Source: Candidatus Woesearchaeota archaeon
GTDB lineage: Archaea; Nanobdellota; Nanobdellia; Woesearchaeales; 21-14-0-10-32-9
Direction: 5' to 3'
Length of the DNA stretch: 64,000 nucleotides
Assembly: GCA_047602735.1 (NCBI GenBank)
Contig: JBLKOK010000004.1
Location: 81,033 to 145,032, forward strand
Shown here: positions 31,249 to 41,434 of the stretch, in pieces
Layout: each line of letters starts with the position of its first letter
How positions within the stretch are numbered: the first letter of the stretch is position 1
Program-made: the position numbers and the translations under genes
The notes under the pieces: generated by a model
The model's database searches: none
Told to the model about the DNA's origin: nothing
Seen by the model: the letters and a program-made list of their open reading frames with translations, nothing else

Positions 31249-33443
31249 CTAATCACACGTTTAATTATATTATAAACTTCTGGATACCTATTTGGATTTA
31301 AGAGTTGTGTGTGAAGACTAAAAGGAGTTTGACATTCTCCTGTAATCAAATAATTATTTTGTCCTTCTAAAAATACGCTTTCGCTATGCACGATTCCATC
31401 TCCGTCTCCTTCGACCATCTCACATCCTTCTCCTCTAATAACGTGCATTCTGTCATTTGGAGGGGAGTTCCTTGGATCGTTTAAGTTTCTAATAAATAAG
31501 CTATCGTGTTTCATATCTTCGCATTCTTTATTTGTTCCAAAAAAGTTACAATAACTATATATTCTATCGCTAATACCTTGGTTAGGTGTTCCTATTAGTA
31601 TTATTTCTCTAATATTTGAGTCTCCAAATATTTGTATGTATCTTCTAGTAACAAGTCCTCCCATGCTATGAGCTACTATGTCTACTCTGTCTTTTCCTGT
31701 AATAAGTTTAACTTGGTTTATCATCTCGTTTAATCTTATTGCATAGCTATCTATGTTTTCTGTCTTACTAATACTAGTAATATATCCAAATTCATCAAAG
31801 TAAGTAATACTATAATATGTGCTTTTAAAAACAAAGCTATTATTTATTCTTCCAAGATCATTAAACTGATTAGTGTTTAAGCTATCTCCTGGACTAATAA
31901 TGTATCCTGCTAAGTAGCCATCACTCATAAGTTTATTCTTTAAATTATTAAAACTATCAGTACTATAATCAGGGTGGTTTCTTGTAAAAAAGCTATGGCC
32001 GTGTAAAAGTATAACGGGGTATTTATCTAAACACTCACCACTCTGGCAGCACTCCATACAGTTATTATTATAACAACAAATGCTCCTGGGTTCACCTAGT
32101 TCTAAAACACTAACGTTTTCAACACTTTTCTCTTCTAACAAATCAAAACTTGTTTTATTAAAACTAAGTTCTTGATTACAACTCAAATTAATAAGCAAAA
32201 GTTCATCTAAAATAGTTTGATTAACTCCTGTTGTTTGATTAGAAAAATAAACTACTTCATTAAAACTAATATCTTCTAAATATTTCTCACTCTTAGTATT
32301 ATTAAATTCTTGACTAACATTAAAAACAATGCTTTCAAATAATTCTTCGTTAAAACTAAGATTTTGAACCTCGTAAATCAGTGATTCTATTTCTAAACAC
32401 ATATCTTCTCTTAAAACCTCACAATCTCTACTTGGACAAACACCAAGACTTGCTATCTTAAAATCTATGAATCTGTCTTCTTCTCTATTATAACTACTAT
32501 TAACAAGCTCCTTAACCTCTAAGTATCTATTTCTTATTAGAGCTATACTATTTTTTAACTCAAGCTCTTGTTCTAATAACATCGATGTTTGAACAAGATT
32601 CTCTCTGTTATTTAGCTCGCCGTATCTTTTTGTTTCATTTAATACAAGCTCTACGTCCAACTTGTTATAATTAGTAACAACTTCGTTATAATATTCTATG
32701 GTACTTCTTATCTCTTCTTTTCTAATAGTTGCATTAGTTGAAAAATTAAATAATTCTACGTAGTCAAAAGTTTGATTTCTCCAAAACTCAACGTTTTCTT
32801 CTAATCTACTTTTAACAGAATCTAAATATTGAATTAGTGTCTCTGTATTTGTTCTAAGCATAGGCGTTTCGTATTCTTTTAAAGAATTCAAAGTATTATA
32901 TTCTAAATTAAATAAGTCTATACTAAAACTAAGATTTTGTGCTAGCTCTTCTCTAATACTTCTTCCTAACTCATTTAACTTATAATTAACTGTCACCACA
33001 CTATTTCTAATCAAGGGATTCTCGCTACTAACACAAATATTTGTAGCAATATTATTACAAGATGCTTTAAAATTATATATTTCTTGACCTTCACCTTCTC
33101 TAGTCGGACTAAATTCATATAATTTCTTGTATTCTTTAAAATTACTAACACTAAATTCTTCTTCAAAAATAACCTCTCCGCTTGCTACATTTGTAAGCTC
33201 AACATAACAAGAACTACTACAAAGCCAATGATTATTAACATTAACTAAAAACTCCACTTCTTTTGTTTCTCCTTGTTCTAAAAACAAACTAGTAAATTTG
33301 GGCTCTGTTCTAACAACAAGCTCTTCAGCTATAGCAAAATTATAATTTACATAAAAATAAAATACTACGGCACTACAAATTAAAAGAGTTATAATTATTG
33401 CTAAGAATTTATACTTCAAGCTTATACTTGGAAAAATCTTCAT
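31245..33443 (-). CDS. Membrane-anchored extracellular alpha/beta hydrolase (lipase-like)
   Basis: N-terminal TM, Cys-rich linker, LLHGH, AHSMGG nucleophile elbow, GTPNQG, DGIV, C-terminal His. Confidence 0.8.
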   Translation of the reverse strand: MKIFPSISLKYKFLAIIITLLICSAVVFYFYVNYNFAIAEELVVRTEPKFTSLFLEQGETKEVEFLVNVNNHWLCSSSCYVELTNVASGEVIFEEEFSVSNFKEYKKLYEFSPTREGEGQEIYNFKASCNNIATNICVSSENPLIRNSVVTVNYKLNELGRSIREELAQNLSFSIDLFNLEYNTLNSLKEYETPMLRTNTETLIQYLDSVKSRLEENVEFWRNQTFDYVELFNFSTNATIRKEEIRSTIEYYNEVVTNYNKLDVELVLNETKRYGELNNRENLVQTSMLLEQELELKNSIALIRNRYLEVKELVNSSYNREEDRFIDFKIASLGVCPSRDCEVLREDMCLEIESLIYEVQNLSFNEELFESIVFNVSQEFNNTKSEKYLEDISFNEVVYFSNQTTGVNQTILDELLLINLSCNQELSFNKTSFDLLEEKSVENVSVLELGEPRSICCYNNNCMECCQSGECLDKYPVILLHGHSFFTRNHPDYSTDSFNNLKNKLMSDGYLAGYIISPGDSLNTNQFNDLGRINNSFVFKSTYYSITYFDEFGYITSISKTENIDSYAIRLNEMINQVKLITGKDRVDIVAHSMGGLVTRRYIQIFGDSNIREIILIGTPNQGISDRIYSYCNFFGTNKECEDMKHDSLFIRNLNDPRNSPPNDRMHVIRGEGCEMVEGDGDGIVHSESVFLEGQNNYLITGECQTPFSLHTQLLNPNRYPEVYNIIKRVIS

Positions 33444-33497
33444 TTCATTTATGCAATAAACAAATATTTATATATTTTTGTTAAAACTTTTAATTAC

Positions 33498-33956
33498 ATG
33501 GCAAAAATTTCAAGAGATACACCGCTAGCAGAGTTAACACTTAGAAAATATGAAAACCCGAAAGGTTTAGAAGACAGAGAACTTGTAAGAAAACTCTGTT
33601 TAAGCCTAGGATTACTACAACCTGGAGATTCTAGGGATGTAATAGTAGACGTTTTCATGGTTATATTAAAATCAAAACAAGAACTAACAAGCACTGAAAT
33701 AGAAAAACTAACTATTACTCAAAGAGAAGAATATAACTTAGAAATACTAGGTGTGGCTCCAAGCAATATAAGAAGACAAATACTTAGACTTAGAGATCTT
33801 TTCTTAGTTGAAAGAGTTGGAAATAATTATAGGATAAATGAATCTACGAATCTTTCTGAATTATTTGCAGAAAAACTTGAGAAATACTATTTAAATAGCA
33901 TTGTTTCAAGAGTAAAAGAGTATATAAAAGAGACTGATAAGAAGTTTTTAAAATAA
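33498..33956 (+). CDS. Conserved winged-helix-like protein
   Basis: LTLRKYE.P, CLSLGLLQPGDSRD, SNIRRQILRLRDLFLVE. Confidence 0.65.
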   Translation: MAKISRDTPLAELTLRKYENPKGLEDRELVRKLCLSLGLLQPGDSRDVIVDVFMVILKSKQELTSTEIEKLTITQREEYNLEILGVAPSNIRRQILRLRDLFLVERVGNNYRINESTNLSELFAEKLEKYYLNSIVSRVKEYIKETDKKFLK

Positions 33957-33957
33957 A

Positions 33958-34485
33958 ATGTATGAACCTTCTGATGATAGTTATTTCTTTGAAAAGTACA
34001 TAAATTCTTTAAATGATAAATATGATTTAGCTCTTGATATGGGTACGGGTAGTGGTATACTAGCTAAGGCTTTATTAAAAAAATCAAAAAAAGTACTGGC
34101 AGTAGATATACAACAAGATGTAATAGAAAAATTAGATTTAGATGTTGAAAAACATCAAAGCAACTTATTTTTTGATCTTCCTAAGAATTATTTAAAAAAA
34201 ATTGATTTAATCGTTTTCAATCCTCCTTATCTTCCCTTAGGTGAAGATGAGTTTGACGTTGAGGTTCATGGGGGTATACTTGGTGTTGAAACCACTATAA
34301 AATTCTTAAAACAAGCTAAAAAATTCTTATCTCCTAAAGGAAAAATACTATTTATTGCAAGTAACAATGCTAACTTAGAATTTTTAAACTTAAAACTCTT
34401 AGAATTCAACTACAAATACGAAATAAAGGATGAATTAAAACTATTCTTTGAAAAACTCTACATTTACGAAGCTAAAAAAGTTTAA
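33958..34485 (+). CDS. HemK2/N6AMT1-like SAM methyltransferase
   Basis: YEPSDDS, DMGTGSG, FNPPY. Confidence 0.9.
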   Translation: MYEPSDDSYFFEKYINSLNDKYDLALDMGTGSGILAKALLKKSKKVLAVDIQQDVIEKLDLDVEKHQSNLFFDLPKNYLKKIDLIVFNPPYLPLGEDEFDVEVHGGILGVETTIKFLKQAKKFLSPKGKILFIASNNANLEFLNLKLLEFNYKYEIKDELKLFFEKLYIYEAKKV

Positions 34486-34545
34486 CAACTAATAAGTAGT
34501 AATTAATAGAAAAATATTTAAATGATTTTTAACATCAAGTATTGT

Positions 34546-35490
34546 ATGGATAAAAATAATGCTTCGGACTACAAAAAAAATTTTGAAGAAGTAAAAAGAA
34601 TAAGTAAAGATAGAACTGATTATATAACTAATCTTATAACTGTTAAGAATCCTGAAAAAATAGCTCTTGGTTTAGTGGGTAGTGATGCTAGATTTGAAAA
34701 TGCGATTCATAAAGACTTAATAGTTAGTCCTTTAGAGTTCATATTGCTTGGGCATAAAGAAAATGCTAGTGTTGATAATATTGAATTATCTAATGAATTA
34801 AAAGAACATTCTTATTCTAAAATAGATAGAATTGATTTATCTAACGATGATTTATTTTACATTAAAATAAATGGTGCTAATAGATTATTTTCTCCTTCAA
34901 GATTACTTGATTATTTACATATTGTTGGAAATAAAGATTTATATGATGAAAGATTAGAAAATGCTGTTAATGTTTTGCTTTCTCCTAAAGGTAAAAAAAT
35001 TGTATCTAGTTCGAGAAAACAAGTATCTGATTATGAAGCTAATATGGTGACTGGTTCTCAAACTTTTGGACCTTTAAGTCTTGATCATTATGATTTAGAT
35101 AAAGGAGAAGCTATTTATGATCCTAAAAAAAAACTCTGGAGTTTTAAACAAGGACCTAATAGGTTTATTCAGTTTGCGACTACAAGAGATATATTAAAAT
35201 TAGTAAGAGATGGGTATTTAGATAAAGATGGCTTAAATGAATTGCCTAAAAATATTGTTGATAAAATTGATTTTTTAGAAGATAATGGACTTTATAGTAT
35301 ATCTAAAGATCAAATTAATAATTTAGCTGATAATTATATGTTTTTTTTAAATTTATATCAAAATAGTCAAAAAGCATACTTGGAGGGGGATGTTAAGTTA
35401 TCTTTTGATTCAAAAGAGGTAAAAGAAAGAATAAATTATTTGGCTAATTTAAGTAGAGATAATGCTTACTTTGTAAAAACAAAGAATTAA
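34546..35490 (+). CDS. Hypothetical protein, nucleotidyltransferase-like
   Basis: LVGSDARFE..SPLE resembles the pol-beta NTase GS motif; FKQGPNRFIQF resembles a GlnD/GlnE substrate-binding helix. Confidence 0.45.
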   Translation: MDKNNASDYKKNFEEVKRISKDRTDYITNLITVKNPEKIALGLVGSDARFENAIHKDLIVSPLEFILLGHKENASVDNIELSNELKEHSYSKIDRIDLSNDDLFYIKINGANRLFSPSRLLDYLHIVGNKDLYDERLENAVNVLLSPKGKKIVSSSRKQVSDYEANMVTGSQTFGPLSLDHYDLDKGEAIYDPKKKLWSFKQGPNRFIQFATTRDILKLVRDGYLDKDGLNELPKNIVDKIDFLEDNGLYSISKDQINNLADNYMFFLNLYQNSQKAYLEGDVKLSFDSKEVKERINYLANLSRDNAYFVKTKN

Positions 35491-35491
35491 A

Positions 35492-35845
35492 ATGGAAAGA
35501 AAATCAGTATATGAATTACTTGAAGAATTAGACTTAATTAAAAATAAAAGTGATGAAGCTTCAAATTATTTAAGGTATTCTGGTAATAAAAAAAAATCAA
35601 GAAATTTTAAAGATCCTTATAAGATAAATGCGTTAGAGAGGTACATAAAAAAATCTTTATCTCCTTTAGAGGCAGATATTATTACTAATCATTATGGTCT
35701 TTCTAATCCTATTCAGTCTCTTTCTGAAATAGCAGATGATTTATTATTAACAACTAAACGTATAGAATTATTAAAAGATGAATCTTTATATAAGTTAAAA
35801 AAAGATGAAATCACAATTAAAAGCATTAAAGATTTAATTTACTAA
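35492..35845 (+). CDS. Protein with sigma-70 region-4-like HTH
   Basis: LSPLEADIITNHYGL...SLSEIADDLLLTTKRIELLKDESLYKLKK matches the sigma region 4 pattern. Confidence 0.7.
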   Translation: MERKSVYELLEELDLIKNKSDEASNYLRYSGNKKKSRNFKDPYKINALERYIKKSLSPLEADIITNHYGLSNPIQSLSEIADDLLLTTKRIELLKDESLYKLKKDEITIKSIKDLIY

Positions 35846-35857
35846 ATATTTATTTAG

Positions 35858-36520
35858 TTGCTAGTATTTTATTTTATTATGGAAAAAGAATTATCAAAGT
35901 TATTATTTCAAAAAAAAGAATTATTTAATGAAGGAAAAAGAGGAATGGTTTATACTTCAAAACATAAAGATAAGCTTTATCTAATAAAAAAAAGAAAACC
36001 TGAAAGTACGAGTCCAGGTACTATTAAAAATGAGTATGAGTATAACAAAAAATTAAACAAGATAAATGTGGGTCCTAAAATATATTATTATGACGATGAA
36101 AAAGATTTTTTAATAAGAGATTTTGTAGATGGAATAAAAATTGAGGAATGGGTTAAAAATCATGGTGAAGACATAGATTTTAAATACAAACTACTAGGAA
36201 TATTAAAAGAAATATTGTTACAGTGTCGATCTATGGATATTTTAAAAATAAATAAGCAAGAACTCACAAATCCTCACAAAGACATACTAATAACAAAGAA
36301 AGGCCCTGTAATAATAGATTTTGAGCGTTGTCGCTTCACTGCTAATCCTAAAAATGTAACTCAGTTCTTACAATATTTAACCAGGCCTTTTATGTCTAAG
36401 GTTTTAACAAATAAAGGTGTAATTATATCTAAACAAAAAGTTATTTCGCTTGGTGAAAAATATAAATCTGATAATTCAGCTAATAATTTCTTAGAAATAT
36501 TAGATTATTTAAAACAATAA
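35858..36520 (+). CDS. RIO/Bud32-like Ser/Thr kinase-fold protein
   Basis: EGKRGMVY, K, E helix, GPKI, IIDFE. Confidence 0.75.
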   Translation: MLVFYFIMEKELSKLLFQKKELFNEGKRGMVYTSKHKDKLYLIKKRKPESTSPGTIKNEYEYNKKLNKINVGPKIYYYDDEKDFLIRDFVDGIKIEEWVKNHGEDIDFKYKLLGILKEILLQCRSMDILKINKQELTNPHKDILITKKGPVIIDFERCRFTANPKNVTQFLQYLTRPFMSKVLTNKGVIISKQKVISLGEKYKSDNSANNFLEILDYLKQ

Positions 36521-36552
36521 CTTTTAATAATTAACATTTTTTATTAACAGTT

Positions 36553-38220
36553 ATGTTTGATGATAAATTAGCAAGTTTAATTGCAAAAAAGTTTGGTTTA
36601 GACAAAGACGAAGTAAAAGACTTATTAGAAGTTCCTCCAAATCCTAGTCTTGGAGATTTTGCTTTTCCTTGTTTTAGTCTTGCTAAAAAACTAAAAAAGA
36701 GTCCTGCTCAAATAGCTTCTGAAAACACTGATATAAATGCTAGTTTTTTAAAAGAAGTAAAAGCAGTAGGTCCTTACTTAAACTTTTTTTTAAATAATTT
36801 TTCTGTATCTTTAAAACTAAAAGACTTAGGCTTTGATTTCAAACAATCATTTGAAACTATACTTATTGAAAGCCCAAGCCCAAACACAAACAAGCCTCTA
36901 CACCTAGGTCATGTAAGAAACATGTTACTTGGAGTAAGCACTGCTAACATATTCAAAAAGTTAGGTAATAATGTCTTATTAACAGAAGTTGTAAATGATA
37001 AAGGAACTCATATATGTAAATCTATGCTTGCATACAAACTCTATGGAGAAGGTGAAACTCCTAAGAGTTCAGGTATAAAAGGTGATTTTTTTGCTGGAAA
37101 ATACTATGTCTTATTCAATGAAAAACTAAAAGAAAACCCTGAGTTAGAACAAAAAGCTCAGCAAATGCTAGTTGACTGGGAAAACGGAGATACTGAAGTA
37201 CTAAAGCTTTGGGATAAGATGAGGGAGTGGTGTCTTGATGGATTTAGAGAATCTTACAAAGATTTTGGTATGAAAATAGATGTTGCTTATTTTGAAAGTG
37301 ACTTATATTTAGAAGGTAAAAAAATAGTTGAACAAGGCCTAGCTCAAAATAAGTTCAAAAAAGAAGAAGACGGTGCTATATACGTTGATTTAGAGCATAA
37401 AGGTCTTGGAAAAAAATATCTTCAAAGAAAAGACGGAACTTCTATTTATATAACTCAAGATATATATCTTGCAAAAAAAAGGTTTAACGAATTCAAAATG
37501 GATAAAATGGTATATGTTGTTGCTAGTGAGCAAGATTATCATTTCAAAGTATTATTTGAAATCTTTAACATATTAGAATATGAGTTTGCTCAAAAATGTC
37601 ATCATTTAAGCTATGGTATGGTTCATCTCCCTGAGGGTAGAATGAAGAGCCGTGAGGGTAATGTTGTTGACGCTGATAAGTTCAGATTAGAATTAATTGA
37701 AGATGCTAAAAGCGAATTAAAAGAACGCTATAGTTTAGATGAATCTGAGTTAAATAGAAGAGCTGAGATTATTGGTATGGGTGCTTTAAAGTTCTTTATA
37801 TTAAAGCATGATTCAAAAAAAGATATGACTTATAACCCTAAAGAATCATTAAGCTTTAGTGGTGAAACTGGTCCTTATATTCAGTATACTTATGCTCGTA
37901 TTTGTAGTATATTCAAAAAATCTAGTTCAAAACCTAGTCTTTCTGATAACTTAGCTCATGATTTAGAAAAACAACTAACTTTCAAATTATTTGATTTTGA
38001 AGGGGTTATTTTAAAGAGTGCTCAAGATTATAAGCCTAGTTTGATTTGTAATTATTTATTAGAGCTCTCTCAGCTAACAACTAAGTATTATCACGAGGTT
38101 CAAATAATAAGTGATGATAAAGAATTAGAACAATCAAGACTATTCTTGCTTGATAAAGTAAGAGTTACATTAAAAGAGGGTCTAGCTATTCTAGGAATTG
38201 ATGTCTTATACGAAATGTAG
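36553..38220 (+). CDS. argS: Arginine-tRNA ligase
   Basis: SPNTNKPLHLGH, MKSREG, GETGPYIQY, C-terminal EM. Confidence 0.97.
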   Translation: MFDDKLASLIAKKFGLDKDEVKDLLEVPPNPSLGDFAFPCFSLAKKLKKSPAQIASENTDINASFLKEVKAVGPYLNFFLNNFSVSLKLKDLGFDFKQSFETILIESPSPNTNKPLHLGHVRNMLLGVSTANIFKKLGNNVLLTEVVNDKGTHICKSMLAYKLYGEGETPKSSGIKGDFFAGKYYVLFNEKLKENPELEQKAQQMLVDWENGDTEVLKLWDKMREWCLDGFRESYKDFGMKIDVAYFESDLYLEGKKIVEQGLAQNKFKKEEDGAIYVDLEHKGLGKKYLQRKDGTSIYITQDIYLAKKRFNEFKMDKMVYVVASEQDYHFKVLFEIFNILEYEFAQKCHHLSYGMVHLPEGRMKSREGNVVDADKFRLELIEDAKSELKERYSLDESELNRRAEIIGMGALKFFILKHDSKKDMTYNPKESLSFSGETGPYIQYTYARICSIFKKSSSKPSLSDNLAHDLEKQLTFKLFDFEGVILKSAQDYKPSLICNYLLELSQLTTKYYHEVQIISDDKELEQSRLFLLDKVRVTLKEGLAILGIDVLYEM

Positions 38221-38228
38221 AGAAATTA

Positions 38229-38696
38229 TTATATTAATTCAACCATGTCGTCATATTTTATTTCTTCTATTATGCTTGATGTATTGTAGTCTTTTATGGT
38301 TGAACTAAACTTCATACGTATGTCTACTAGTATTTGGTCGAATTCTTTAAGATTTTTAGCTACTACGTTTATTATTAAGTCCCATTTACCGCTTGTTTTT
38401 GCTATGTAGCTTATGTTTTTTAGTGATTTTAAGTATGAGATGAATTTGTTTTTTTCTTGTTCTGATGAGTAGTTAAGTTCGAAGTTTACAAAGGAGTAAA
38501 TGGGGTTTTCTAATATTATGGGGTCTAGGACGGCGTGGTAGTGGAGTATTAGGTTGTTTTCTTCCATTCTTTTTATTCTGTATAGTACGCTGTCTCTTTG
38601 TATTCCTGTGGCTCTTGATATGTCTGCTATGCTTTTCCTGGCGTTTTTATTAAGTATTGTTAATATTTTTTTATCTTTCTCATCTAATTTTAACAT
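38229..38696 (-). CDS. Lrp/AsnC family transcriptional regulator
   Basis: LDEKDKKILTIL..NARKS HTH, TSGKWDL RAM domain. Confidence 0.93.
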   Translation of the reverse strand: MLKLDEKDKKILTILNKNARKSIADISRATGIQRDSVLYRIKRMEENNLILHYHAVLDPIILENPIYSFVNFELNYSSEQEKNKFISYLKSLKNISYIAKTSGKWDLIINVVAKNLKEFDQILVDIRMKFSSTIKDYNTSSIIEEIKYDDMVELI

Positions 38697-38831
38697 ATTA
38701 TTACTTATATTAAGTAATTTGTATATAAATGTTTCTTAAAATAAGTAAAAAATTAAAGTAACTTTATTAAATCATATAATATTACTTACAAGTAGTAAAA
38801 AACACGAATAGTGTGTTTGGGGGTAAATAAA

Positions 38832-39467
38832 ATGGAAGAAAATGAAAATGGCTCTTTTTTTGCAAATCAAAATAGAGTATTAGTGGTAGATGATTTAGCT
38901 CATATCAGAGAAGAGTTAAGTGATTTATTGTATTCTATAAATGTAAAAGAAGTAGTAGAGGCATCAACATTAAAAGAAGCAGTATCTGCTGTTCAACAAG
39001 GAGGAATAGATAGTATAATTAGTGATTTATTGTATCCTGTTGGTGAATTTAGTGGTGCAAATGAATTGACAAATACGTTTACTGGCGAAATGTATGATGC
39101 AATATTTAGAATTGTTGAAAAAGGCGGTATTTACACTGAACAAGGTGCTAAAAAAATTTTAAACTATGTATGTAGTTTAAAAAACGGTGAATTTGAACCT
39201 GAAGATATACCTTCTGGAACATTATTAACATTTTACGCTGCCAAAAGAGATATACCTATAGTCATAAATACTGACTTGGGTCATCATAATATAAAAGTAG
39301 AACCAATAGCATATGGTGGTGCTTTTTATTTAACTAATGTTAATAGTGGTAAAAATGCTGAGAATATAATTAATATTGATGAAGTAAAGCTAAATAGAAG
39401 GGAGTTATATAATAACCAGTTTCCTAGCACAAAGAGATTAGCGGAGCTTGATTCAACTTATGAATAA
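38832..39467 (+). CDS. Response-regulator receiver-domain protein
   Basis: VLVVDD, IISD (phospho-acceptor Asp), IPIVINT; has an insertion. Confidence 0.7.
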   Translation: MEENENGSFFANQNRVLVVDDLAHIREELSDLLYSINVKEVVEASTLKEAVSAVQQGGIDSIISDLLYPVGEFSGANELTNTFTGEMYDAIFRIVEKGGIYTEQGAKKILNYVCSLKNGEFEPEDIPSGTLLTFYAAKRDIPIVINTDLGHHNIKVEPIAYGGAFYLTNVNSGKNAENIINIDEVKLNRRELYNNQFPSTKRLAELDSTYE

Positions 39468-39478
39468 TTTTTTTTTTT

Positions 39479-40063
39479 TTATTTGATTTTACATCTAATA
39501 TTATTTAAAACTTTTAATTTATTATTAATATATTCTATTTCAAGATAAGCACAATCTTCATAATTTATTTCTCCCAGATTTAATATTTCTCTAACCAGTA
39601 CAAACATAAATCCTCCATGACTAAAAATGGCAAATGTATTTTTATTTTCTTTTAAAATATTGAAAAAACAATTTTTAACTCTTAAAGTAAAGTCTTCGTA
39701 GCTCTCGCTTCTTAAAATATCGTGAAACATCTTATTGCCTTTTACTTTAGCAGTTTCTAAAGGATATTTACTTTTAGCTTCTATTTTAGTAAGTCCTGTT
39801 AAAACACCATAATTATTTCTCTCCCTTAAATCTATAACTTCTATTAAATTAGCTTTAATAAAATCATTAGCAATAAAAGCTGTTTCTTTAGCTCTAAGTT
39901 TTGGGCTGTGATAAATTTTTTCAATACCTTTGTTTTTAAGTTCTAATCCTAATTTTTTAGCTTGTTCTTTTCCTTTATTTGTGAGTGGATCATCATAATC
40001 TCCTCCGTATTTATCTTCTATATCTGATGTGCTTTCTGCATGCCGTATAAAATAAAATTTCAT
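39479..40063 (-). CDS. Histidine phosphatase (phosphoglycerate mutase-like) family
   Basis: RHAES, SPKLRAKETA, LRE, SHGG. Confidence 0.9.
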   Translation of the reverse strand: MKFYFIRHAESTSDIEDKYGGDYDDPLTNKGKEQAKKLGLELKNKGIEKIYHSPKLRAKETAFIANDFIKANLIEVIDLRERNNYGVLTGLTKIEAKSKYPLETAKVKGNKMFHDILRSESYEDFTLRVKNCFFNILKENKNTFAIFSHGGFMFVLVREILNLGEINYEDCAYLEIEYINNKLKVLNNIRCKIK

Positions 40064-40084
40064 ATTAGTTAAATCCTCTTTTTT

Positions 40085-40333
40085 TTATTTGTAAATATTT
40101 TTTCTGTGTCCTATTTTTATAACAAGTATTCTAAGCTCGCTCTTATAAATGTCTGCTATTATTCTGTATTGTCCTGCTCTTAATTTGTAAGATTTGTCTC
40201 CTACTAATCTTTCAAAATGTTTTTCAGGTCTTATTCTTGCTCTTTCTAAAACTGATACTATGTGTTCTTGTTTGTCTTTAGAAAGTTTTTTTAAAAACTT
40301 TACTGCGCTTTTTGAATAAGTCAATTCAAACAA
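40085..40333 (-). CDS. RelE/StbE family toxin
   Basis: YKLRAGQYRII...IKIGHRKNIY. Confidence 0.92.
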   Translation of the reverse strand: MFELTYSKSAVKFLKKLSKDKQEHIVSVLERARIRPEKHFERLVGDKSYKLRAGQYRIIADIYKSELRILVIKIGHRKNIYK

Positions 40334-40342
40334 TTTACACCT

Positions 40343-40561
40343 CTAAAGATCTAAGTCTTTTTTTAATTGTGCATGCGTTATATATTCTCCTTTTTCAAAT
40401 TCTTTTCTAGCTAGTTCTATTTCTTTTTTGGTTTGTTCACTAAGTTCTAAAGTATCTTCTAGCAAATCCCAAATTATTTCTTCGTAACTATCTTTAGGAG
40501 AAATTTTTCTTTTACTAAGTTTTTCTTTTAATTCTTTACTTACTTGTATAGTTGTAACCAT
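40343..40561 (-). CDS. RHH-type antitoxin
   Basis: MVTTIQVSKELKEKL...SYEEIIWDLLE; directly upstream of relE. Confidence 0.8.
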   Translation of the reverse strand: MVTTIQVSKELKEKLSKRKISPKDSYEEIIWDLLEDTLELSEQTKKEIELARKEFEKGEYITHAQLKKDLDL

Positions 40562-40645
40562 AGTATAACTATAACTCATCTATGGTTTATATATTTTGTT
40601 GTTTAATTACGAAATTATTTAAATTAAAGTGTTATTAATCGTTAT

Positions 40646-41434
40646 ATGCATAAATCTTTTAAAAATAAAAAAGAAATAATGGATTTATATGAAAAAAGAA
40701 ATAAGGTGCTCCAACCATTTATTAATTTATATAAAAAATTAGTAATTTCCCATAGCACGCCAAACAAAAAAGATTTTATTAGTATTTTAAATCAAGCTAA
40801 GATAATTCTTCCAACAAATAAGACTGATAAAAAATCTAGTTATATGGAAAAACTTCTTGGTATGGATAAAGCAATATTTTATGCTATTGGTTTTCCTTAT
40901 GTATTATCATATAATTGGAAATACTCATTAGTATTTGACATAGAATACATAAAAAAATGTGAGTACTACAAAAAATCAGTAGGGTATCAAGCATACAAAA
41001 ATATATTTAATTATTGGTATAAAAAAGACGATACGATAAAAAAGATTGCTAGTAAAAATAAAAGATGTGAAGAAGTAATAGATGAATATTTGAACAAAGA
41101 GTTATTTGGAGAAAAAAGAAAAATCTTAAGGTTTTGGGAAATAGAAAAAGAGATTTATGAAGAAATTTTATATCATCCAAAAAAAGATTATTTGATTTTT
41201 TTAGCAAAAAAAGCAAAAAAGGAATTGTTATTAGAGTCTGCTAAAGCGATTACTGATGCTCCAAAAATAATTGAGGACTTTAGAGTTCCTGAAATAATAA
41301 GCTTTAAAGAAAAAAACTTAAAGAAAAACAAACACTTCTTAGGAATAGCTCTTATAAAAAAAGATAGAGAAATAGAAACATTGTTTAAAAAACTTTATCC
41401 TGAAAAAGAAATATTTTTTATAGATGATCTCTAA
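40646..41434 (+). CDS. Hypothetical protein
   Basis: 262-aa ORF with TATA-like TTTAAA upstream; no recognised family. Confidence 0.6.
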   Translation: MHKSFKNKKEIMDLYEKRNKVLQPFINLYKKLVISHSTPNKKDFISILNQAKIILPTNKTDKKSSYMEKLLGMDKAIFYAIGFPYVLSYNWKYSLVFDIEYIKKCEYYKKSVGYQAYKNIFNYWYKKDDTIKKIASKNKRCEEVIDEYLNKELFGEKRKILRFWEIEKEIYEEILYHPKKDYLIFLAKKAKKELLLESAKAITDAPKIIEDFRVPEIISFKEKNLKKNKHFLGIALIKKDREIETLFKKLYPEKEIFFIDDL

